Part shown: positions 1-12,287 of the stretch, in pieces | Layout: every line of letters starts with the position of its first letter | Position numbering within the stretch: the first letter of the stretch is position 1 | Origin: Trichonephila clavata | Lineage: Eukaryota | Direction: 5' to 3' | Length of the DNA: 58,239 bases | NCBI GenBank assembly: GCA_019973975.1 | Contig: BMAO01019611.1 | Span: 76,564-134,802 of the forward strand | Notes under the pieces: generated by a model | Told to the model about the DNA's origin: nothing | The model's input: only the letters and a program-made list of their open reading frames with translations | The model's database searches: none | Translations under genes and position numbers: made by a program

Positions 1-779
1 TTAGATATGATTTTTTTTTAATCAGGTCCATATTTTGTGCTCCCCTTTGTATAAATATCACGTTCCCTCAAATAAATTATAAGACTTTTTTTTATTCCTC
101 TAAAGCACACACTTGAAGGTAATTCCATTACCATCACATTAAAGTAGAAACAATATGTTAAAGTCTCTTAAGTTATCAAGAAAACTATAGTTGAATTCCT
201 CTACTTGCTTTCCCCCACAGAATAGTTATAATTATTCAAAAACTGGAGAAAAAAAAGGAAGGTACCCACACAGTGAGAATGGTATCCATAACTCCCTTAC
301 ATAAAATTTGCCTGTTAATGCTGTAGTGTACTTTCATAATATCGGATCATCATAAATCACTCATTTCATATCATCATATCGGATTCTTACTAACGGTGTA
401 GATTCTTGATCCCTTGCATCTCATTGGTCGGAAGAATGTCTTCTGGCATTTCTTCTGTCCTCCCATAATTCCCTCTGACGAAGGGAATATATATATCCGA
501 ACATTTTATTTTGATTGTTGTGTTGGAAATAAAGTTATTTTTTTATAATCCTGCCATTTTTACTTTGCCACACCAGCACACCCATCCTCCTAAAATGCAA
601 ACAAATTTTTTTAATATCTGTATTCTGCACCTATTACCCAGATTAACAGAAAAACATATAGAATACTTCTCTTTTCTAAACAAAGTCGAAACTCCTTAAA
701 CATTAAAGCTGACACCCTATTCTCACGTTAGACTGCATTTCCAAAATTTTTATGCAGTATAAGTCCTCATACATACAGT

Positions 780-1000
780 GCCGATTTAAGCTAATTTCGG
801 GACTTGGGCGCAAAAAGACCGCCTTTGACACTGGCGGATCGAAATTTATTTCGAGAAAACCTAATTAAGTCCAGCTTATACGAGCCCCACGCCCTTGGGC
901 GCCCGCCCCATGCGCCCATTGGATCCCTGTCCTCATAAATTGAATTGAGAGCCGTACAAATTTTTGTGGACAAGGATATCCGCCAAAGTCATATTGTCGA
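780..1000. other. Isolated GC-rich island in AT-rich DNA with internal GGGCGC(C) repeats and a CCAAT-like element. Function unknown.
   Basis: …CTTGGGCGCAAAAAGACCGCC…CACGCCCTTGGGCGCCCGCCCCATGCGCCCATTGGATCCC…. Confidence 0.25.
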
Positions 1001-1662
1001 AAACTTCTAAGCGTAGTGTATACCTTTGCTGAAGAAATTAATTTTAAAAAAATCATTAACATAATTTTTCTATCTATTCAAAAAAGCCTTAGAACGCTTT
1101 CTTTTAACACAAAATGACTACTTACTTATAAAGTGATTTAATTTCAATTCCTAAAAATTTTCTTAGACACGGGACATTTTAAAGTTAAATAAGGATTTTT
1201 ATACATGAGAATTATACTACACTTACTTTTGAGAGTAGTGATGCCAGTGTGTCTTTTACAGTTTATGCACTTATGATTTATCCAGTGTCAACACCAGTGC
1301 ACTCTTTTGCTAATATGAATTCAAGCATATACTCACATTGAAATTGGATGTACATTTACAAACTTATTTAAATATTGTTACGTATATCGGGTTTGTGGAT
1401 TTTATGATTATCAGTCTCAAAGAGCAAAACAGTTCTCTAAGAGCGATGAAAACTTATTTTGAAAAAACAATCCTTAAAATACAGATACAGCACTAAAATT
1501 CGCCAATAAATCTCAGAAGATTTTCACACCTTCTACAGCGCTCAAACACGACTATCAGTGTCTAAAACACAAGTAACTAATGTTAAAGAATATCCGCAAG
1601 CATCCTTTCGTTTTCTTCAACAGCCGCATTAATACTGACCCAGTTTCCGCGAGCGATTGCTA

Positions 1663-1960
1663 TTCGGCCGCGGTGGCCAAGTGGTCTAGGCATCGGATCA
1701 TGTCTAGCGTGTCATGAGTTCGATCCCAGTACCACTTAAGTTCCGCCATGTAGGGGAGCGATGCACGTTAAATCTGTCGAAAGCTCAAACGTCATCCCGT
1801 TGGTGTGGTGTGATAGTTAGGAGAGGGGGGTGCCAGCTCAGGTGTCGTCCGCGTCACTTGACCATGGTTCAAACTTACGCGGACCGTCGCCAAAAGCCCT
1901 CGTGTTGCTAATCAGTGCGACGTTAATATTCACTCACTCACTCACTCCCTCGCGACTTCT
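1663..1960 (+). mobile_element. tRNA-derived SINE-like element or tRNA pseudogene. It has a Pol III A box (TGGCCAAGTGG) and B box (GAGTTCGATCCC) ~45 nt apart, then a body and a (CACT)n simple-repeat tail.
   Basis: A/B box motifs read directly. The sequence does not fold into a canonical cloverleaf, because the acceptor stem GGCCGCG has no 3' complement. A CACTCACTCACTCACTCC tail lies at ~1930-1950. Confidence 0.4.
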
Positions 1961-2974
1961 ATTTATAGTCTGCGTGGGTGCTTTCTAGCTCTTTCTCGAA
2001 AAATCCACTTTCGTCAAGGTCGTGATGTTAAAATATTTCTTCGGTAGTTTTTAGAAGCATCTATACCAGGGATGGCGAACCTTTTTGAGACGTGGGTCAA
2101 ATTTTGTTCATATTTTTTTTAAGTACTAGCTGGTGAGTCACTAATGCCCATTTGCATAAGTTATGTTTTAAAATTTTTAACTAAGTATTTTTAAAACTGA
2201 TCATCTTTAAAATTCAATTGGCTTAACGAGTAAAATAAGCGAGGTTTGATGATTTAAAATTATTTAGTAGGGTTAAAAGTTCTTAAGTGTTTGGTGCAAA
2301 TGGCAATGGTGTTTGAATGAACAAAGAGTAACGAAAATTACATTCTATATATATTGTGAAGTATTATTTTTTAGTGTATATACGTATATTTATATATATA
2401 TATATATCACTAATAATATTATTCGGGCTCCAAGTGCCACCTTCCCTTGAATATTTTCTGGCAGAGATATTTATAAAAAAATATATATTTCTGCCTTTTT
2501 TTGATAAAATGGCAAAGTCTAGCTCTATTAAAGTTGTATGCAGTCACATTCCATATTCTATCAAATTATTTTAAAAGTCAAAAATGAAGAAATTTTTACA
2601 GGGATTAATAACATGTCTGTTTTTAGAAATACTTAAGGTGCTTTTATAATTGAAGGAAAAAAAATTACTATGAACTAAATTCATGTGACGTCATAGTCAC
2701 GATAAATGCAATTATCTGTTTTCAGAAAATCAGTTCATGCACTTCGTTGTTGCCAAATTACGCTTTTTACAGAAACTTTTTTTTTTAAAAATAATATTTG
2801 TCACTTTATTTAAAAGTACATGTATAAAACAAGACTTTTTTTTCTTTAATTTAAAAATATTTTTGCAGAAATTTTCTTTTTATAACTCTTGAGCATCTTT
2901 ACCCAATTATGCAATTTGAAAATTTACCTAAGTTTTACAAATAGAATAAAAAATACGAGCTAGTTTATTGTACG

Positions 2975-3208
2975 TGTTGCATCTCTATTTATATAATATC
3001 TTTGTTTTTGTAACTTTAGTTCTTCTGATCTGGCAACAAAAGAGTTGTCAATATTGTGGCTGATGTAAGAATGTAAGAACACGAATAAAAAGCTTACGAT
3101 CGAGAATAGTTTTCTTCTGTTATTTTTAATCATTTTAAAGAGATTAATCAATTCTAAAAAATATTTTTATTTATTCCGTATATTATTCGCGACTACTCAT
3201 CTACAAAC
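2975..3208 (+). repeat. 5' LTR of the gypsy-like element
   Basis: Repeated at 7332-7568. It differs by an 8-bp AATGTAAG duplication plus a few substitutions. Confidence 0.85.
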
Positions 3209-3235
3209 TGGTGACCCAAAGATATTCAAAATCTG

Positions 3236-4060
3236 ATGGATGAGAATAATGAAATGGCCGTCGCGAATTCGAACGAGCAAAAATTTGAAGCTAATAAGGT
3301 AAGCCTGAAAATTCCTCCTTTTTGGGAAGAAAAGCCTGAAATATGGTTTTTCCAAGTTGATGCTCAGTTTTCTATTGCTAATATAAATCAAGAAGAAACT
3401 AAATTTAATTACCTTGTAGCTAGCTCAATTAGATCCAAAATTTATAGAAATATATGGGATATAATTCAAAGCAATGAGAAGAATAAATATTCTTGTGCTA
3501 AAAATAGACTTTTGAGTGCTTTTAAAGAAAGTGAAGAAAAAGGCATTAAAAAATTGCTTACTGGAATTTCATTAGGGGACATGAAACCCAGTCAACTTTT
3601 GAGGAAAATGAAATCGTTGGCTGGAGATAGTATCACAGAAAAAGTTTTAAGGACTTTATGGCTAGATAAATTACCGGACTCCATCAAAAATATTTTAGTT
3701 GTTAGTTTGGAAAATTTAGAAAATTTGTCCGTTATGGCAGATAAAATTTTTGAAATAAATTCATCGCCAGAAATTTATTCTGCTACTGCAGATAATTCTG
3801 CTATGAAAAATATTCTTGAAAAAGTAAGCCTTTTGGAAAAACAGATTTCAGAATTATACATCAACAGAAGAAAATCAAGAAGCGAATTTAGAAATTCCAG
3901 TCAAACACGAAATAAAAGTCGAAGTCGATCTCGAAAACGCTTCGACCCCAAAGGAAAATATTGCTATTTTCACTTCCATTTCGGTGCGCGATGCAAATCT
4001 GAAAAATGCAGTCCGCCTTGTGCATGGAATAGAAATACGGAAAACTTCAGTCTGCAGTAA
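3236..4060 (+). CDS. Gag-like capsid/nucleocapsid protein of the LTR element. It has a basic RS/KR-rich tail and a Cys/His cluster.
   Basis: ATG at 3236, 23 nt after the PBS. The C-terminus reads RRKSRSEFRNSSQTRNKSRSRSRKRF…CYFHFHFGARCKSEKC. Confidence 0.65.
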   Translation: MDENNEMAVANSNEQKFEANKVSLKIPPFWEEKPEIWFFQVDAQFSIANINQEETKFNYLVASSIRSKIYRNIWDIIQSNEKNKYSCAKNRLLSAFKESEEKGIKKLLTGISLGDMKPSQLLRKMKSLAGDSITEKVLRTLWLDKLPDSIKNILVVSLENLENLSVMADKIFEINSSPEIYSATADNSAMKNILEKVSLLEKQISELYINRRKSRSEFRNSSQTRNKSRSRSRKRFDPKGKYCYFHFHFGARCKSEKCSPPCAWNRNTENFSLQ

Positions 4061-4140
4061 ATATTGCGACAAATTCTGCTGCAGAACATTAAAAAGCCTG
4101 TCGCAAATTTCGATTATTCGTTAAAGATCGAACGACAAAT

Positions 4141-4677
4141 TTGCACTTCCTGGTAGATAGTGGAGCTGATTGTTCAATAATACCAGCCACATCTAAAAAT
4201 AAACAATCATCTGATTATAAATTATTTGCAGCAAATGGGACAGAAATTCCAACCAATGGAATTAAAGTGCTAAAGATTGATTTGGGACTCCGCAGAGAAT
4301 TTTTATTTCCATTTATTATTGCAAGAGTTAGTAAAGGAATCTTGGGAGCTGATTTTCTACACAAATTTAATTTATTGATTGATATCAACAAAAGAAGATT
4401 AATTGATGGAATAACACAACTCAGTATTCCGGGTGAAATTTTCTCCATCACAAATGATCTTAATGTTACAACTTTAAATAAAGGTGAGAAATTTTCTAAT
4501 TTACTTTTACAATATTCTGAATTAACTAAGCCTAATATTCTACCTACTCAAGTGAAATACGATGTCAAACATTTAATAGAAACAAAAGGTCAACCAATTC
4601 ATTCTAAAGCACGACAACTTGATCCTAAACGTCTAGCAATAGCTAAGGAAGAATTTAAATTTATGCTTGATAATTAA
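4141..4677 (+). CDS. Retroviral-type aspartic protease (pol, -1 frame relative to gag)
   Basis: LVDSGAD active-site motif. There is no ATG, since the TTG 'start' is an ORF-finder artefact. It is expressed by frameshift or readthrough. Confidence 0.7.
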   Translation: MHFLVDSGADCSIIPATSKNKQSSDYKLFAANGTEIPTNGIKVLKIDLGLRREFLFPFIIARVSKGILGADFLHKFNLLIDINKRRLIDGITQLSIPGEIFSITNDLNVTTLNKGEKFSNLLLQYSELTKPNILPTQVKYDVKHLIETKGQPIHSKARQLDPKRLAIAKEEFKFMLDN

Positions 4678-4679
4678 GT

Positions 4680-5806
4680 TATTCGTCCATCTAGCTCACA
4701 ATGGGCGATTCCATTGCATCTTGTAACCAAGAAAGATGGAACATTCCGTCCATGTGGAGACTATAGACAACTTAATGCTCAAACATTTCCTGATAGATAC
4801 CCAATACCACGAATAGAAGATTTCCACCATATTTTAAAAAAACACTACAATATTTTCTAAGATAGATTTAATTAAAGCCTATTATCAAATACCTATCGCA
4901 GAAGAAGATAAATGCAAAACTGCAATTATAACACCTTTTGGTCTATACGAATTTAACGTAATGAGTGTTGGCTTAAAAAATGCTCCTGCCACATTCCAAA
5001 GATTCGTACATGAAGTTTTTAGAGGATTAGATTTTGCATTCCCTTATTTAGACGATATTCTTATTGTGTCAACTAATGAAATGCAACATGAAGATCATTT
5101 AAAAATAGTTTTTGAACATTTAAACACTTATGGATTAAAAATAAATATTTACCAATCTGTGTTTGGAGTTGAAGAAATTGAATTTCTAGAATATCTTATT
5201 TCGAAAGAAGGTTCTAAGCCTCTCCCAGAAAAAGTCAAAGCCATTACAAATTATAAAAAACCAGAAACTCTACATAATCTTCGTATTTTCCTCGAAATGA
5301 TAAATTTCTACAGAAGATACTTAAAAGATGCGGCGAAAAACCAAGCCTTATTACACGATTATTTAAAAGGAGCCAAAAAAAGAGACAAGAGAAAAATACA
5401 GTGGACAGAAGAAGCCGAAAAACAGTTCGAAAATTGTAAAAATGACTTGAGCAATACAGCACTGTTATCATTTCCAAATCCCGATTTACCTCTTGCATTA
5501 TTCACAGATGCTAGTGATACTGCTATAGGTTCAGTTCTACAACAATTTGAAAATGATACATGGAAGCCAATTGGATTTTATTCAAAAAAACTAAACCCTA
5601 CACAACAAAATTATAGCACATACGATCGTGAACTTCTAGGTATTTATCTTTCCATTAAATATTTTAAACATTTGCTAGAAGGAAGAAAATTTACAGTATA
5701 TACAGATCACAAGCCTTTAACCTACGCATTTTTACAAAAACCTGATAAAGCATCCCAAGGCAACTACGACAACTTCAATACATTTCTGAATTTACAACAA
5801 ATATAA
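4680..5806 (+). pseudogene. Reverse transcriptase + RNase H of the LTR element, with one frameshift near 4850-4960
   Basis: RT motifs [13 protein letters not shown]…[11 protein letters not shown]…[13 protein letters not shown] (frame 3), then FAFPYLDDILIVS (YLDD box) and TDASDTAIGSVL…YSTYDRELL (RNase H) in frame 2. A poly-A run at ~4838-4848 shifts the frame. Confidence 0.75.
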
Positions 5807-7202
5807 CTTATATTAAAGGAGAAGATAATATAGTTGCAGATGCATTTTCAAGAATCGAAACAGTTACAATAATCGACTATGATGCAATAGCAGATGAACA
5901 AATCCAAGATATAGAATTGCAACAGTTAATGAAGAGTAACTCTTCTATAAAATTCAAGTCATGCACATTACCATCAGGTAAAACACTCTGGTGTGATATT
6001 TCCACACCAATATAAGACCCTACATTCCAAAACAGTTTCAGCAACAAATATTTCAACAAATTCATGGTTTTTCACACCCTGGAATTAGATCAACTATTAA
6101 ACTAATGACTGAAAAATTTATCTGGCCAAATATGAAAAAAGAAATAAGATTATGGGCAAGAACATGTATTCCCTGTCAAAAATGTAAAGTCCACAGACAT
6201 ACTAAATCAAAATTTGGAGAATATGAAGTACCTGATGCTAGATTTAGTGTGATACACATTGATTTAATTGGTCCACTTCCACCATCGCAAGGCATGACAT
6301 TTTGTATGACCTGTATTGACCGTTTTTCGTGTTGGATGGAAGCAGTTCCCTTGCCTGATTGTAAAGCAGAGACAGCTAGCAAAGCCTTTTATGAACACTG
6401 GGTTTGCAGATTTGGAGTACCTGTGAAAATAATTACAGATCAAGGAAGGCAATTTGAATCCCAGTTGTTCAGAAGTTTAGCTGCTATTTGTGGAGCTAAA
6501 GTAGCTCATACAACTTCCTATCACCCTCAATGCAATGGGAAAGTGGAAAGGTTACATAGGACCTTAAAAGGGGCAATCAAAGCTCATAACAACATCAAAT
6601 GGACACAGACTTTACCAACGGTATTGTTAGGATTACGATCGGCTCTACGTGGTGACACAAATTACACCATTGCACAAATGGTTTATGGACAAACTATCCG
6701 ATTACCAGGAGAATTTTTCGAGAAACCGAAAAACATCTTGGATACAGATACGTTTGCGGAAGAATTACAGAAACAAATGGATCAGTTACAACCACTGAAA
6801 ACTCGCCGACAACCTTCTCAAAAACACTTTGTCCATAAAGACTTGCATACCAGTACACACGTGTTCATTCGCGTCGACAGAGTAAATAAACCACTTGAAA
6901 CTCCTTACGATGGACCGTTCCTAGTGGCTAAAAGATACGACAAATATTTTACTGTGACAATTAAAGGCAAGGACATCAATATATCTGTAGACAGATTAAA
7001 ACCTGCATATTTGTTGTTAACTGATGGTGATAATCCTGATCATCTCAAACAATCAGAACATGCACCAACCCTGCCCGACAAAAAACTGATTGTGCAGACA
7101 AAAATTGAAAAACAGCCACCAGATTTGCTGGAAAAAGGTGTCCAAAAAACAACTACACGCTCTGGTAGACACATAACGTTTCCATCCCGTTACAGAAATT
7201 AG
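5790..7202 (+). CDS. Integrase (HHCC zinc finger, DDE core, GPF module). The N-terminal linker TNITYIKGEDNIVADAFSR is in frame 3 before a stop/shift, and the ATG ORF is 6105-7202.
   Basis: HGFSHPG…H…CIPCQKCK (HHCC); IHIDLIGPL / ITDQGRQF (D,D); YDGPFLV (GPY/F-type motif typical of Ty3/gypsy IN). Confidence 0.8.
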
Positions 7203-7331
7203 TTGCATATTATTTTGTATGATTCTCATTTGTTGTATTTTTACCTTATTTGTATGTATTGCATGTCAATTTAAAATTTTACTACTTTTATTGCATATTG
7301 TATCGTAACTATGTTACTGGGGAAGGAGTAA

Positions 7332-7568
7332 TGTTGCATCTCTATTTATATATTATTTTTGTTTTTGTAACTTTAGTTCTTCTGATCTGGCAACAAAAGA
7401 GTTGTCAATATTGCGGCTGATGTAAGAACACGAATAAAAAGCCTACGATCGAGAATAGTTTTCTTCTGTTATTTTTAATCATTTTAAAGAGATTAATCAA
7501 TTCTAAAAAATATTTTTATTTATTCCATATATTATTCGCGACTAACTCATCTACAAACGTTTTGAATG
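7332..7568 (+). repeat. 3' LTR of the gypsy-like element
   Basis: Matches 2975-3208. It is preceded by a PPT-like GGGGAAGGAGTAA. Confidence 0.85.
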
Positions 7569-10500
7569 CAATGTAGAACACGTGTTTATATTATCATGTG
7601 ACCGTCATGAATTTAGTTCATTGCAATGGGTCGATTCATCACTAGAGGGCGCTGCGATCGTGGCCATCATCGCGTGATTAACAACGTGCGATCATGTAAA
7701 CAAATAACAGTTGATCGTATGACACTTGTGGTTGCGCGCTAACTTTCGAATTTTCAAACATTATTATTTTATATTCTTTAAATTCTTTTTAGTACTTTAA
7801 AATAGTTTTATAATAAATTTTCTACTTTTTTTAGTTTTTGTATTGTGACCAAATATATATATATAGTTTTAGTTTATAGTATTAGATTTAAGTGTTTAGT
7901 TTATACTTCTATCCTTTGGCTTCGAATTTTTGTATACTTTTAGGTTTAATAATTATTTTTTTATTAGTGCCAGCCATATTGTGATTAATAAATTATGCAA
8001 CGCTCTTTTGAACAAATTGCTTCTTGAAATTGGATAAATCTACTAATATCGCGAATCATTATGTAAGCGAGTTTTTCCGAGAAAAATTCGTGCAGACTGT
8101 AAATAGAAAGTAGCTCGCCAAAACAAAACATTGTTATGTCTTCTGTCAGCAAGAGCGATTAGTTAATACTTCGGCTGTTGAATAGGACCAAAGACTGTTA
8201 ATCAACTTATTATGATGATTGGATAATAGAGATTCCATGTAAATGTATAACCGTTACCTGAATACATTACTTATTTGTATTCCTAGACACTGTTAGTTGT
8301 GTCTGAGTGCTGTGAAGACCTCCTGGGATTTTGTGAATTCTAGCGTTGTGGCGTTTCTAAGGATTGTTTTAAGTTTTCATTGCTCCTGACCCATTCTTTG
8401 TAAGCGCAGGTATTTATTTCTTACCGAATTTGTGACATTGACTATATTTTTTTACATAGAAACTTCTTATAATTACAAAAAAGCTTGTGAATTTAACTGT
8501 TATTTTCTAATATTCATATAAAGTTTCCTTTTTGCTGTTCTTGAAAATTCATTTCGGTATTATTATTAGGACATCAAAGTTTTTAATGTTAATAATTCTT
8601 TTATTTTTTTAAAATTGTAAGGAAATATTTGTTTGCTTTACATCTATTGGACAATTTATATGCAATTCAATAACTCATTAGAAATAATTTGTAATAAAGA
8701 ATAATCCAATAAAATTTAATCATTATTCCTAAAAAAATTATGTATTAATATGATTCCTTTCTTTAACTTAATAGTGTAAGAGTATTTTCTTTTTTAAACT
8801 TTGAAGACAGTCTAAAGGGAAATTTCTAAAAGAAATTTCAAACCTTTGTAAATGATAATTACTAAGTAAAGTCAGACAATCAAAACTGGCAAATGTGTTA
8901 TTTCATTATAGATTCATCATATATTTCGAAAAATCTTACTATGTCTTGGGAATTTTTATAGAACAGTTGTTTAAAAAATTAATATACAATAACAATGTTT
9001 CAATTTTATGTATCCATATTAATGCAAATAAAGATTGAAACTGACAAAAAAAAATACTCTTTTGGAATACATCTTAAAAAAATACTCTTCATAAATACAT
9101 AATGAAGCAATGTCACTGATAGTCTTTCAAAAGAATATGAAAATGCATTTTTTAAATTACAATGGATTTCTTAATTAAAAAAAATAAAATTTTCACATGC
9201 TTCACTTGTATAAAATCATGTAATATTAAAATTAAATGTTGATAAATGATGCAAGTTAAATAATTTTAATTACTAATTTAAACTAGCTAACAAAAATTTT
9301 GTATGCTCCAAAATGTAAAAATTTTCATGAAAATAATTTAGCATGTTTCAAACAATTTCTAAAATTAATCCTATATTTTAGTATGATTCGTTTTTTTTTT
9401 TTTTCATGGGGACAATGATTTATATAAAAAAAATTCAAACATTTGTAGGTGATAATTCTAAATGTTATTATTTTACAACATATCTTTAAAGGCTTCATAA
9501 TGTATTGGTACAAATCATACTATTTTAAGGCCACACAATGTGCTAAACATTTCACAAACAATTTTGACATTTTCTTATGGCCAATATCATTGAGAAGCTT
9601 GCCACCAAATTTCAGATTTGATAATAAATTAGTTTTAAAGATATTTGAAGAGCTTAGGTTTTGGTTTCAGTTTCATTTTAAAGCAGTTTTCCACTTTTAA
9701 ATTGAATTAAAAATATTTTTGAGCCCAATCAACTCTTGCAGTGTGAAATGGTTAATTATTTCAGTTCTCATTACTAAAAGCATTTCTGCTTGATAATGTT
9801 TTGAGTTCTCATTGTTACTTAATTAAGATTGTTTTCAAGGCTAATTTTTGTTTTAAAAATAGTTTATATAACTTGAAAGCTTTATCATTAATTTTTTCTT
9901 GTTGGCCCAAACATTCTCAGGTTGCTGTGAGAAACAATATTTCGAAGAGATGGACACTACTGAAAAGGATGTATCTAAAAATCACCCTCAATTAATACTG
10001 CAATAAGACTTTTGAATTCAAGTATTGCAGATAAAACTGAATATTCCCATGATGTACTTAACTACATGATAATATATTGTCGTACTATATTTTAAAATTT
10101 ATTGCGTAATAAAGTTGTGCAATAAAACTCAAACTTGCTAAACTGTGCCCCAATTTAAAACTGATTTTTTTTTTTTTTTTTTACAAACCTGGTGATTTTT
10201 ATAGCTAAAGTTAGTATCATTATTTTATACATAAATACTTTGTATTTCAAACAGTGCTGGTTTAAGCTCATTTCAAGCACTGGGTACAGAAGATCCTCAA
10301 TTTTTAATAACAAATTCAATACTTTTTTAAACTTGCCTTTGTGTAAAATGCCTATAACATGTTGATCTACTTTTAAAAAATTATTATACAACATTAAAGG
10401 AATGTTTCATCAGAAAAGGTGCAAATATTTTAAAAAATTCAATTTAATTATCCTTAGTTTTAAATGTATTTTTCTACTTATTAAATTATATATAATTTAT

Positions 10501-12121
10501 AAAAATAGTATAATTTATCAATAAACAATAGATGGCTCCAAAATATAAGTTAAACTTGTAAAATAGAAATTAGCATATTGGATCGACTTAATATGAAAGT
10601 TTTTGAATAATAATAAATATTTATCCATGGTGAAAATGAATTTTATTTTTACAACACAATGAATTGTAAAAAAGAAAAAATTCAATACAATATATATAAA
10701 AATGAATAGTTGCATAAAATTTCCATTCACAATTTCTACTGGTTATGTATCTTGACCGGGTATTGTATGTGTAGTGCATGCAAACTAAAAACTTATTTGG
10801 AGAAATGTATTGACATTTCATTGTTATCACTAATATGTATCTAAAGTATCTTTTTATATATATTTATATTCACATTTTAAAAAAAATGGAAGATAAAAAA
10901 ACATCAGAGAGAGGGGAAAAAAGATACAAAATTCTCACTCTGAAGTTAAACGTGTGAAAATATATTATTAAAGATTAAAATCATTATTATACATCAAGTT
11001 ACTAAAGTTTATCATGAATAAATTGAGTTCCATTCTAATCAAAATCACAGTTTCTACTACTTATAAGCAATAACTAATTATAGCATTAGTTTACCAGGAA
11101 AATCCTAAATTTCAAGAAACTTTTCAGTTTCCTAAATTATACTTGAGCAAAATATTAAATTATTTCAAAGTTTGTCTAAGAAATGCTCAATCAGTACGCA
11201 TACCATTTAAAAACTTTGAACTTATGTATTAAACTGGCAAATAATTTTGCCAAGCCAAAACGCATCAAGAACTTTAAAAAGTATTATTATTACTACTGCG
11301 TTCATGAGCTATGATGCATATGAGCAGGAACAGTTCCAGTTATTGGCTGTACATTGCAACAACACCCCACAGAATCAAATGTCTATACATAAAGCCATAT
11401 TTGATTTCGTGATCCTAATTCTGAATAAATATACAATTGATGCAAGTACTCTTCTTGGGTCAATATTTGTAAGTAACTCAATGTAACAAATTTATTCAGG
11501 ACTTATAAGCAGGATAATATCAATATACATGTCTTTTAGACTTTTATATTTATGTAAAAATAAATCTAATGATATAAAGCAAATCTAATCTATAATGATA
11601 AATCTTCTACAAATTGTGCAAATACCTATAAATGCTTATTTGTAATACATAGTACAAAAATTTATACATCTCTGTGATTAGAGGCGGATTAAGCGGCTGG
11701 CGGCCGCCAGGGGCCCCGAGCACCAGCAGGGGCTCCAAGCTGATAGACTTCAGTTATAAGTTCAACGTGCAACAAAAAATCTTGTGATTGCAAATCCAAT
11801 GATTACCCACATTTGAATCGTATAACAATTAGTGTTGCCCTCATATATTACATGTAATTGCGGTTAAAAAAAAAAATCCGTCTTTTTTTTTTTTTTTTAA
11901 TATTTACCTAAACTTTGGTCTTTAATATATGTTTTCGGTTCCAAGTTTTTAAAAAGTTGATCCCAGATTTCTTTTTTCAATAATGATCCCAGATCTCAGA
12001 CTATAAAAAACTACCAATGTTTTTAGTTCTTTCGAAAGAATTTAGTATTTGAAGGTTCGTGATTTATTGTTATCTGGATTTCCGTGTTTATATTTTGAGA
12101 ATGTGGGGAAACAGATCGAAG

Positions 12122-12287
12122 CAGTGTCGGATTAAACGACATGGAGGCCCCTAGGCAGTCGAGTTCTCGGGGCCCTGTAGCCTGTTTTTGGAGCACTAAC
12201 AGAAAACAGAACATGCTTTTGTGGGCCCCTAAAAAGCACGGGGCCATAGGCAACTGCCTACTCCACCTAACGAGTAATCCGGCACTG
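12122..12287. mobile_element. 166-bp hAT-type MITE nested inside the hAT element. It has CAGTGTCGGATTA…TAATCCGGCACTG termini and a perfect 8-bp TSD GATCGAAG.
   Basis: GATCGAAG at 12114-12121 and 12288-12295. The termini are related to the host element TIR (…CGGATTAA…). Confidence 0.6.

Larger units (their letters stand above)
2975..7568 (+). mobile_element. Ty3/gypsy-like LTR retrotransposon (LTR-gag-PR-RT-RH-IN-LTR). It looks young and is frameshifted in pol.
   Basis: Direct 234/237-bp LTRs at 2975-3208 and 7332-7568, starting TGTTGC, are >95% identical by eye. A TGG primer-binding site sits right after the 5' LTR (3209 TGGTGACCC). A purine-rich tract GGGGAAGGAG lies just before the 3' LTR. 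The internal ORFs follow gag-pol order. Confidence 0.85.

Noticed and set aside
511-699. ORF-track 'M' starts at 511, 4141, 43745, 48786 and 41373 as true initiation codons
   Set aside because: The codons at these positions are TTG or GTG, because the track uses alternative starts. Real ATGs are at 43715, 48732 and 41367 for the ZNFs. The protease has no own start and is part of a pol polyprotein.
1665-1740. A genuine tRNA gene
   Set aside because: A and B boxes are present, but no 7-bp acceptor stem or anticodon stem can be formed. It is followed by a SINE-like body, so it is called a tRNA-derived repeat instead.
2964-7575. Target-site duplication for the gypsy-like element
   Set aside because: Flanks read GTACG (5') and GTTTT (3'). 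No 4-6-bp direct repeat could be supported, so none is reported.
9325-11486. Small ORFs in the 8-11.6 kb AT-rich stretch (9325-9513, 9449-9700, 9801-9995, 10155-10830, 11247-11486)
   Set aside because: They are Ile/Lys/Phe/Asn-rich translations of AT-rich DNA, with no motifs and many with non-ATG starts. They are expected by chance at this composition.
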